A DNA stretch of 64,000 nt from Burkholderiales bacterium (lineage in GTDB: Bacteria; Pseudomonadota; Gammaproteobacteria; Burkholderiales; SG8-39): assembly GCA_035649175.1 (NCBI GenBank), contig DASRKB010000169.1, positions 55,229-119,228 of the forward strand, in the 5' to 3' direction. Under the pieces are notes generated by a model. That model saw only the letters and a list, made by a program, of their open reading frames with translations, was not told the origin of the DNA and searched no databases. The first letter of the stretch is position 1. Each line of letters opens with the position of its first letter. Positions 25,095 through 32,353 of the stretch are shown here, one piece after another. A program made the position numbers and the translations under genes.

Positions 25095-26270
25095 ATGGCA
25101 CGGGTAGCCGCCGCGAAGGCCGAGCGCTACCCGTGGTATGTGCGCCTGATCCTCGCCTTGCAGCGCAGGAAGTACGGCGTCGAGCTGGAGCCGGCCCGCC
25201 TTTGGGGCCGGATGCCGCTCGCCTTCGTTTGGTTCACGTTCCTTTACCGCGCCATCGACCGCGGGCGCTCGCCACTCGAGCCGGGTTTGCGCGCGCTGGT
25301 GCAGGTGAGAATCTCGCAGATCAACTGGTGCGGGTTCTGCGTCGACTCCAACGGCGCGGCAGCGCTCGAGCGCCATGTCGCTCCGCAGAAGCTCGAGGCG
25401 CTGCCGCGATACGAGTCCTCGCCGCTATTCAGCGAGCGCGAGCGCGCGGCGCTCGCCTACGCCGAGGCGGCAACGGACCCGGCGAAGGGTGTCGACGAGG
25501 GGTGCTTTGCGCGATTGCGCGCGCAGCTCGATGAGCAAGCGATTCTCGAGCTGACCGCCTTGGTGGCCTTCCAGAACCTGTCGAGCAAGTTCAACGCCGC
25601 GCTGGCGGTCGCGCCCCAGGGCTTGTGCCCGCTGGAGCCGCCGAAGACTGCTCTCGCCGGCGACATGCACGCCGAGCTCGCCGAAGCCATGGCGGCCGCA
25701 CTCGACGCCCGTGAGCATGAAACCGGCCTGCACTCCAAGCGCGTCGCCTGCCATACTCTCGTGGTTGCGCGCCGGTTCACTGCCGAGCCGCAGATCCTGC
25801 GCCAAGTGTACTGGGGGGCGCTTCTCCACGACATCGGCAAGATCGGTATTCCCGACCGGATCCTGCTGAAGAACGGCCCGCTGAGCGCCGACGAATGGGG
25901 TGTGATGCGCGGCCATCCCGAGATCGGCCACCGCATCCTCGCCTCGCTCCCTGGCATGGCCACCGCCGCGGATATCGTGATCGCTCACGAGGAGCGCTTC
26001 GACGGCAGCGGTTATCCGCGTGGGCTCGCGGGAATGGCCATCCCGCTCTGGGCGCGGCTTTTCGCCGTCATCGATACGCTTGATGCCATGACCTCGGACC
26101 GGCTATACCGCAAGGCGCTTTCCTTCGAAGCGGCCAAAGCCGAGATCGCCGACCAGGCGGGCAGGCAGTTTGATCCGCAGGCGGTGCGCGCCTTCATGGC
26201 GGAAGAGGACGCCTTGCGCGCCATGGTGGGGGCCAAGTGCGCCGATCCGCAATGGAGCGCGCCCCTGTGA
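25095..26270 (+). CDS. fusion protein: carboxymuconolactone-decarboxylase/AhpD-like domain + HD-GYP phosphohydrolase domain
   Basis: The N-terminal ~170 aa have an AhpD-like WCGFC motif. The C-terminal part has ..LLHDIGKIGIP.., ..MRGHPEIGHRIL.., ..AHEERFDGSGYPRGL.. and ..VIDTLDAMTSDRLYR.. (HD-GYP). Confidence 0.8.
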   Translation: MARVAAAKAERYPWYVRLILALQRRKYGVELEPARLWGRMPLAFVWFTFLYRAIDRGRSPLEPGLRALVQVRISQINWCGFCVDSNGAAALERHVAPQKLEALPRYESSPLFSERERAALAYAEAATDPAKGVDEGCFARLRAQLDEQAILELTALVAFQNLSSKFNAALAVAPQGLCPLEPPKTALAGDMHAELAEAMAAALDAREHETGLHSKRVACHTLVVARRFTAEPQILRQVYWGALLHDIGKIGIPDRILLKNGPLSADEWGVMRGHPEIGHRILASLPGMATAADIVIAHEERFDGSGYPRGLAGMAIPLWARLFAVIDTLDAMTSDRLYRKALSFEAAKAEIADQAGRQFDPQAVRAFMAEEDALRAMVGAKCADPQWSAPL

Positions 26271-26306
26271 GCGACCAGATCGCACGGCTGGAGTCGGAGT
26301 AGCGCC

Positions 26307-27041
26307 ATGGCCGATGCTACGGCGATCGGGGTGCTGACGGCTTTTGCCGCCGGCATGGTGTCCTTTCTCTCGCCTTGCGTGCTGCCGATCGTGCCCGGGT
26401 ACGTCTCCTTCGTCGCGGGCGACAGCTTCCACCGCCGCCGGCTGCATGTGCAGGACCGGCTGACCGCGCTCGGCATGAGCGCGATGTTCGTCGCGGGATT
26501 TTCCGCCGTCTTCGTCGCCTTCGGCGCGAGCGCGAGCGCGCTCGGCCAATGGCTGCTGCGCTACAGATACGAGGCGAACCTGCTGGCGGGCGCGATCGTG
26601 GTCGGGTTCGGGCTTTTCATGCTCGGCTTGTGGCGGTGGATGCCGTTCCTGCAACGCGATCTGCGCCCTCATCTGCGCCTGCCTGGCGGCAACCCTTTCG
26701 CCGCCTTCGTGCTGGGACTCGCGTTCGCCTTCGGCTGGACGCCGTGCATAGGACCCATCCTCGGTGCCATCCTGGCGGTGGCCGCCTCCGGCCCCGACGC
26801 GGGCGGAGTGGGGTTGCTCTCCGCGTACGCGCTCGGACTGGGGGTGCCGTTTTTGGCGGCGGCGCTTTTCATCGATCGTGCGGCAAGGATAGCGACGCGG
26901 CTACGGCGGTTCGGCGCCGGCCTGCAGTTGGCCGGCGGCGTCGTGATGGTCGTCGTCGGCGTGGCGATGATCACGGGCCGCATGACGGCATTTTCACTGT
27001 GGCTGCTCCAGGCGTTTCCGGCGCTGGGGCGGATCGGATAA
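26307..27041 (+). CDS. ccdA: cytochrome c biogenesis/thiol-disulfide transporter CcdA (DsbD-core family)
   Basis: ..FLSPCVLPIVPGYVSF.. and ..FGWTPCIGPILGAIL.. are the two conserved Cys-containing TM motifs. Confidence 0.85.
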   Translation: MADATAIGVLTAFAAGMVSFLSPCVLPIVPGYVSFVAGDSFHRRRLHVQDRLTALGMSAMFVAGFSAVFVAFGASASALGQWLLRYRYEANLLAGAIVVGFGLFMLGLWRWMPFLQRDLRPHLRLPGGNPFAAFVLGLAFAFGWTPCIGPILGAILAVAASGPDAGGVGLLSAYALGLGVPFLAAALFIDRAARIATRLRRFGAGLQLAGGVVMVVVGVAMITGRMTAFSLWLLQAFPALGRIG

Positions 27042-27077
27042 CTGCCGCCGGAGATAAAGGCAAGACAAGGAGAAGCT

Positions 27078-27353
27078 GTGAATCTTTCTCTAAGGGTCGG
27101 CGCTGCGGTTGCTGCCACGGTAGCCTTCGCGTACGCCATGTGCACGCTGGTATTCCTGTTATGGCCCGAGACCGCCGTCAACTTCATCCGCGCGCTGTTT
27201 CACGGCCTGGAGTTCCGCGAGCTGCGGAACGGCCCGGCGCTGTTCGAGTTCGACCGGTTCGTCTACGTGCTCTTCATTCTGGCGGTATGGGTTTTTTGGC
27301 TCGGCGCGCTCTCCGGCTGGCTATTCGAGCGGCTAGGGCGCGCAAGAGCCTGA
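27078..27353 (+). CDS. small membrane protein (DUF5676-like)
   Basis: GTG start with AAGGAGAAG RBS and two hydrophobic segments. The family call is from recollection. Confidence 0.5.
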   Translation: MNLSLRVGAAVAATVAFAYAMCTLVFLLWPETAVNFIRALFHGLEFRELRNGPALFEFDRFVYVLFILAVWVFWLGALSGWLFERLGRARA

Positions 27354-27993
27354 CGGCGAACGGCAGCGCGACGACGAGTGCCAGTCCGAGGGCGGCGATC
27401 ATCGCCTGCCTCGCCTCGCCCGCGGCCATCTCGGCGCCGAAGTGCGCGAGGAGAAAGCTCGCCGGCACGATGCCGGCGAGTGTGGCGAGCGCAAAGCGCC
27501 ATGGCGAGAGCACTGTCAGGCCGGCGGCGTAGCTGATGACGTCGAAGGACACGAAAGGCAGCAGGCGGCTGACGAAGACCAGGCCCATCAGCGCGTTCTG
27601 CGAGCCAAGCCAGCCGAGCGCGATGCGCTCGCCGAGCCAGCCACGCAGCGCCTCATAGCCGGCGAGGCGGGCGATGCCGAAGGCGGCCAGCGCACCGATC
27701 TCGGCGCCGGCGAGGACGTAAAGCGTGCCCCACGTGTGCCCGTAGGCGGCGCCGGCGGCGAGCGCGATCGGCGCGCTGGGGATCGGGCTGACCAGGATGG
27801 CGAGCGCCATCAGGCCGACGACGACGGCGGGTCCCCACGGCCCGAGGCCGGCGACGAACGACTTCAGCCGCTGCGAGTCCAATACCGTCATCAGCAGGGC
27901 GGAATCGCGCAGCAGCCAGTACGCCGCCGCGAGAGCGAGCAGGAGCGCGATGCCTGCGACAATACGAGATCGCCTCATGTATCCGCCCAGCAT
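27274..27993 (-). CDS. TVP38/TMEM64 (DedA-related) family membrane protein
   Basis: ..LVSPIPSAPIALAAGAAYG.. and ..VSRLLPFVSFDVISYAAGLT.. motifs. The alternative start is ATG 27978. Confidence 0.8.
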   Translation of the reverse strand: MLGGYMRRSRIVAGIALLLALAAAYWLLRDSALLMTVLDSQRLKSFVAGLGPWGPAVVVGLMALAILVSPIPSAPIALAAGAAYGHTWGTLYVLAGAEIGALAAFGIARLAGYEALRGWLGERIALGWLGSQNALMGLVFVSRLLPFVSFDVISYAAGLTVLSPWRFALATLAGIVPASFLLAHFGAEMAAGEARQAMIAALGLALVVALPFAVRLLRALAARIASRRARRAKKPIPPE

Positions 27994-27996
27994 CGC

Positions 27997-29367
27997 ATGA
28001 ACCGCCGGCGCTTTCTCAAGCTCGCCACCGCTGGCGCCGCCGCCAGCGTGGCGCCAAGCCTCGCGTTACCGGCGGACGCGCCGCGCATATTGCGCGCGGA
28101 GCACGCGGAGCAACACCTCGTCGGGGCGACGAACCCGGAGACTGCGGTCTGGGCCTACGGCGGCACGGTTCCCGGACCCGAGCTGCGCTTGCGCCAGGGC
28201 GAGCGGCTGCGCATCGAAGTCGAGAACGCGCTGCCGGTGGACACGACGGTGCACTTCCACGGCATCCGGCTGCCCAACGCGATGGATGGAGTGCCGAATC
28301 TCACCCAGGCGCCGATCGCGAAGAACGGCGGGCGTTTCATGTACGAGTTCGATCTGCCGGACGCCGGCACGTTCTGGTACCACCCGCATCTCGGCAGCCC
28401 GGAACAGGTGGGTCGCGGGCTCTATGGCGCGCTGGTCGTTGAAGAGCGCGAGCCGCCGGCGGTGGACCGCGATCTCGTGTGGGTGCTCTCCGACTGGCGG
28501 CTCGACCGCAATGCGCGGATCACCGGCGACTTCATGAGCTTCATGGACGCGAGCCACGCGGGGCGCATCGGCAACACCGTGACGGTGAACGGCGCGGTCA
28601 GGGACGTCTTTGCGGTGCGGGCCGGCGAGCGAGTTCGCCTTCGGCTCATCAATGCGTCGAACGCGCGGATCTACGGGCTGCGATTCGAGGGCCACGAGCC
28701 GTGGGTCATCGCGCTGGAGGGCCATCCCGTCGCGCCGCGTGCCGCGGAGCGGATCGTGCTCGGGCCGGCGATGCGCGCGGACCTCGTGCTCGACTGCAAA
28801 GGCGATCCCGGCACCCGGCATCGCGTGATCGACGACTTCTACCAGCGCCGGGCCTACCGGCTTCTCGACCTCGAGTACGCCAGTGACCCCGCCCTAAGGA
28901 AGACTTCCGGCCCGGTGCCGTCATTGCCGGCAAATCCGGTCACGCAACCCGATCTCGCGCGCGCCGAGCGCCACCGCGTGGTGTTCGGCGGCGGCATGAT
29001 GGGCGCGATGCCGAGCCAGCGCACGCAACGCGGCATGTTCTGGACGGTGAACGGCAAGGTGCTTCCGGAAGGCCATCACCATCCCGATCCGATGCTCACG
29101 CTCGTACGTGGAAAGTCCTACACGCTCGAGCTCATCAACGACACTTCGTGGCACCACCCGATCCACCTCCATGGCCACGTGTTCCGGGTGCTGGAGCGAA
29201 ACGGCCGGAAGGTGGAAGGCGGGGAGTGGGGCGACACGGTGCTGATCGATCCCGACAGTCGGGCCGAGATCGCCTTCGTCGCCGACAATCCGGGCGACTG
29301 GATGTTCCACTGCCACGTGCTCGAGCACCAGGCGAGCGGCATGATGGCCGTCATCCGCGTGGCGTGA
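27997..29367 (+). CDS. Tat-exported multicopper oxidase (CueO/FtsP-like)
   Basis: Tat signal MNRRRFLKLATAGAAA and motifs HFHG, WYHPH, HLHGH and HCHVLEHQASGM. Confidence 0.9.
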   Translation: MNRRRFLKLATAGAAASVAPSLALPADAPRILRAEHAEQHLVGATNPETAVWAYGGTVPGPELRLRQGERLRIEVENALPVDTTVHFHGIRLPNAMDGVPNLTQAPIAKNGGRFMYEFDLPDAGTFWYHPHLGSPEQVGRGLYGALVVEEREPPAVDRDLVWVLSDWRLDRNARITGDFMSFMDASHAGRIGNTVTVNGAVRDVFAVRAGERVRLRLINASNARIYGLRFEGHEPWVIALEGHPVAPRAAERIVLGPAMRADLVLDCKGDPGTRHRVIDDFYQRRAYRLLDLEYASDPALRKTSGPVPSLPANPVTQPDLARAERHRVVFGGGMMGAMPSQRTQRGMFWTVNGKVLPEGHHHPDPMLTLVRGKSYTLELINDTSWHHPIHLHGHVFRVLERNGRKVEGGEWGDTVLIDPDSRAEIAFVADNPGDWMFHCHVLEHQASGMMAVIRVA

Positions 29368-29774
29368 GGCAGCTCGTCGTCCTGTTACTCGTCGCCGGAT
29401 GCGGGGACGCGCTGCCCGATCTCGCCCAGGGCAAAGCGCTCTACGACCTGCATTGCGCGAGCTGCCATGGCCTGAGGCTCGAAGGGCAGCCGAACTGGCG
29501 CCAGCGGCTGGCCAACGGCCGCATGCCGGCGCCACCGCACGACGAGAGCGGGCACACCTGGCATCACCCCGACGAGGTTCTTTTCGGAATCACGAAGCAC
29601 GGCATGGTGCCGCCGTACGCGCCGCCCGGCTACCCGAGCGACATGCCGGCGTTCGGTGGCGCGCTCTCCGACGCCGAGATCCGGGCGGTGCTCGCGTACA
29701 TCGCGAGCCAATGGAAAAGCCCCGAGGTGCTTGCCGCGCGCGAGCAGATCATCCGCAATGCGAGGAAGCGATGA
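29364..29774 (+). CDS. c-type cytochrome lipoprotein
   Basis: The GTG start overlaps the MCO stop (GTGA). Lipobox LVAGC, the CASCH heme motif and ..DMPAFGG.. as the Met ligand. Confidence 0.75.
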   Translation: MRQLVVLLLVAGCGDALPDLAQGKALYDLHCASCHGLRLEGQPNWRQRLANGRMPAPPHDESGHTWHHPDEVLFGITKHGMVPPYAPPGYPSDMPAFGGALSDAEIRAVLAYIASQWKSPEVLAAREQIIRNARKR

Positions 29775-30655
29775 ACCACTTGAGGAAGCTCGTGGCCGTG
29801 ACGTGCCTGGCGTTCGCTCCGGCGGCGCAGGCCGAGCTCGTGACGCTCACGCACGTGCACGGCCTGGCGTACAGCGCCGACGGGAAGAAGCTCATGATCC
29901 CGAGCCACCACGGCCTCGCCGTGTACGAAGGCGGCACCTGGTCGAAGGCGCCAGGACCGGAGCACGACTACATGGGCTTCTCCGCCACGGCGAGGCACCT
30001 CTACAGTAGCGGGCATCCGGCCCACGGGTTGGGGCTCGTGAACCCCTTCGGGCTGATCCGCAGCAAGGACGGCGGCAGGAGCTGGGACAAGCTCGGCCTC
30101 GAGGGCGAGACCGACTTCCACGTCCTCGGACCCGGCTGGAACACCGACGCGGTCTACGTGTGGAACCCAGCACCCAGCTCGCGCATCCCCGTGGCGGGAC
30201 TGCATTCCACTCGCAACGACGGGTTCACCTGGACGGCAGCCAAGGCCGCGGGCCTCCAGGGCGAACCACGGGCGCTTGCCGTCCACCCCGACGATCCCGC
30301 CACCGTGGCGCTCGCCACCTCCCACGGCATTTTCCTGTCGCGCGACTCGGGAAACCGCTTCACGCGCGTTGTCCAGCGCGGCCAAGGGCTCGCCGTCTTC
30401 TTCGACCTCGACGGGAAACATCTTTGGACCAGCATCTTCGACGGCCAGCCGCGGCTTGCGCGCCATCCACTCGGCGGCGGTGCGGCAACGGCGTTCGAGC
30501 CGCCGCCGCTCATCAAGGATGCCATCGCCTATATCGCCCAGAATCCTGTCGCCCGCTTGGAGTACGCCATCGCCACCTTCGGACGCAGCGTCTATCTGTC
30601 AAAGGACGCGGGACGTCATTGGTCCCAGATCGCTGAACGCGGCGAGGCGCGATGA
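29771..30655 (+). CDS. secreted beta-propeller protein (BNR/Ycf48-like; F510_1955-type)
   Basis: ATGA overlap with the upstream gene. Signal peptide and repeated S/T-x-D-G-G-x-x-W-like blades (..SKDGGRSWDKL.., ..STRNDGFTWTA.., ..SKDAGRHWSQI..). Confidence 0.65.
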   Translation: MNHLRKLVAVTCLAFAPAAQAELVTLTHVHGLAYSADGKKLMIPSHHGLAVYEGGTWSKAPGPEHDYMGFSATARHLYSSGHPAHGLGLVNPFGLIRSKDGGRSWDKLGLEGETDFHVLGPGWNTDAVYVWNPAPSSRIPVAGLHSTRNDGFTWTAAKAAGLQGEPRALAVHPDDPATVALATSHGIFLSRDSGNRFTRVVQRGQGLAVFFDLDGKHLWTSIFDGQPRLARHPLGGGAATAFEPPPLIKDAIAYIAQNPVARLEYAIATFGRSVYLSKDAGRHWSQIAERGEAR

Positions 30656-30716
30656 TCCGGCTATTTCCGACTGACCCGGACATGCGAGGAGATTGCCATG
30701 AAGCCTTCGGCGAGAG

Positions 30717-31178
30717 ATGAGAGGGCTTGAACATCGCATCCCGCCGCCGCTCGTCGGATTGATCGTCGCGGCAGCGATGTACGGGATCCACGAGGTCGCT
30801 GCTCCAATGCGATTCGCTTTCCAGGGACACGTTGTGCTCGCGCTGGTGATCGGCGCGGCGGCGCTCGCCGTCGACATCTCCGGCGTGGTGGCGTTCCTCA
30901 GGGCGCGCACCACCGTGAATCCGCTGCGCCCGGACAAGGCTTCGACGCTCGTGACGGGGGGCATTTTCCGCCGGACGAGGAACCCGATGTACCTGGGCAT
31001 GGCGATGCTGCTTGTCGGCTGGGCGGTGTACCTCGCGAATCCGCTCACCCTGCTGGGCATCCCGGCCTTCGTCGCGTACCTCAACCGCTTCCAGATCGCG
31101 CCGGAGGAACGTGCGCTGGAGCAGCGCTTTGGCGCTGACTATCGGGGCTACCGCGCTCGCGTGCGGCGCTGGCTATAG
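30717..31178 (+). CDS. ICMT/phospholipid-methyltransferase-like membrane protein
   Basis: ..GGIFRRTRNPMYLGMAMLLVGWAVYL.. motif; multi-TM. Confidence 0.75.
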   Translation: MRGLEHRIPPPLVGLIVAAAMYGIHEVAAPMRFAFQGHVVLALVIGAAALAVDISGVVAFLRARTTVNPLRPDKASTLVTGGIFRRTRNPMYLGMAMLLVGWAVYLANPLTLLGIPAFVAYLNRFQIAPEERALEQRFGADYRGYRARVRRWL

Positions 31179-31523
31179 CACGATGCCGAAGCGGGCGAGC
31201 GCGGCCGCCATGCCGAGGTAGAGCACGGCGGTCAGCACCACGCACAGGCCCAGTGACGGGTAGAAGTTCCAGCCGTGGCGCAGGAGCGCGGGCAACACAA
31301 GGAACATCGGCAGGCTCGGGAGCACGTACCAGAAGGTCGCCTCGGCGTGAGCGGCGAGCCGCGGCACGTCGCGCGCCTCGTGGTGCAGCCAGATCATCGC
31401 AAGGATCGAGACGAGAGGCAGAGACACGATCAGGGCCCCGAGCGCCGGGCTGCGCTTGGCCACCTCCGACACGATGAGCACGATGGCGCCGGACAACAGA
31501 CCCTTCAGGGCGAGATAGAGCAT
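31173..31523 (-). CDS. DUF3147 family membrane protein
   Basis: MLYLALKGLLSGAIVLIVSEVAKRS.. from ATG 31523, with four TM segments. The ORF-track start at 31559 is less likely. Confidence 0.65.
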   Translation of the reverse strand: MLYLALKGLLSGAIVLIVSEVAKRSPALGALIVSLPLVSILAMIWLHHEARDVPRLAAHAEATFWYVLPSLPMFLVLPALLRHGWNFYPSLGLCVVLTAVLYLGMAAALARFGIVL

Positions 31524-31551
31524 GCGCGACTCCCGGGAGTAAACTAGCTCC

Positions 31552-32322
31552 ATGACCATCTACATGCAGAGCGCGGCGCGCGCAACCGAGGCGCCGGTAA
31601 CGGAAGCCGAGCGCGCGGCGCGCGTGGAGCTCGCGGCGGCCTACCGCATCTTCGACATGCTCGGCTGGGCCGAGATGATCTTCAACCATATCACGGTGCG
31701 CGTGCCCGGGCCCGAGGTCCGGTTTCTCATCAATCCCTTCGGCCTGCATTACCGCGAGATCACCGCCTCGAGCCTGGTACTGATCGACATCGAGGGCAAC
31801 CCGGTGCGCAAGGCCGAGTGGCCGGTCAACCGCGCGGGTTTCGTCATCCACTCCGCGATTCACGGCTCGGTCGAGCATGCGCACGCCGTGATGCACACGC
31901 ACACCACAACCGGCCTTGCGGTGGCGTGCCTGAAGGATGGGCTTTCGCCGCACAACTTCTACGGAGCGATGCTGCACGGCCAGGTCGCCTATCACGAGTT
32001 CGAGGGCATCACGGTGGAGCCGGACGAGCGCGAGCGCCTTCTGAAGAGCATCGGAAACAAGCGGGCGGTGATCCTGAGGAACCATGGCCTCCTCGCGTGG
32101 GGACCGAGCGTGCCGGAGGCCTTCGTCATGCTCTGGACGCTGCAGCGCGCCTGCGACGTGCAGATCGCGGCTTCCGCCGCCGGGGCGATCAACCCGATCC
32201 GGCCGGAAGTCTTTCCGCAGACCGTGCGGGAGGGTGGGCCGGCCGAGAAGCGGACTTGCGAGGACGTGTTCGCGGCGATGCAGCGCCTCGTGGACGCCAA
32301 GGACTCGTCTTATCGCGATTGA
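31552..32322 (+). CDS. class II aldolase/adducin family protein
   Basis: ..NHITVRVPG.., ..GFVIHSAIHG.. and ..AVMHTHT.. His-cluster motifs. Confidence 0.85.
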   Translation: MTIYMQSAARATEAPVTEAERAARVELAAAYRIFDMLGWAEMIFNHITVRVPGPEVRFLINPFGLHYREITASSLVLIDIEGNPVRKAEWPVNRAGFVIHSAIHGSVEHAHAVMHTHTTTGLAVACLKDGLSPHNFYGAMLHGQVAYHEFEGITVEPDERERLLKSIGNKRAVILRNHGLLAWGPSVPEAFVMLWTLQRACDVQIAASAAGAINPIRPEVFPQTVREGGPAEKRTCEDVFAAMQRLVDAKDSSYRD

Positions 32323-32340
32323 CGTTTACGTAAACGTCAA
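32319..32340. promoter_or_regulatory. 22-bp perfect palindrome TTGACGTTTACGTAAACGTCAA, candidate LiuR (MerR-type) operator/promoter of icmF
   Basis: Perfect dyad, identical to 62178..62199. TTGACG is -35-like, and TAGGCT (32342-32347) sits 17 nt downstream as a -10 candidate. Confidence 0.6.
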
Positions 32341-32353
32341 CTAGGCTTCCGGG

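Noticed and set aside
27274-27353. 80-nt convergent overlap between the DUF5676-like ORF and the TVP38-family gene.
   Set aside because: Both ORFs end at real stop codons and both C-termini look plausible. It is probably a genuine 3' overlap, not an annotation artefact or a novel feature.
3400-31560. Search for mobile-element hallmarks (integrase, transposase, tRNA attachment site, terminal inverted or direct repeats) bounding the copper island.
   Set aside because: I could recognise none by reading. Only gene relics at 3413-3661 and 22842-23231 hint at past rearrangements. A computational repeat search would be needed to be sure.
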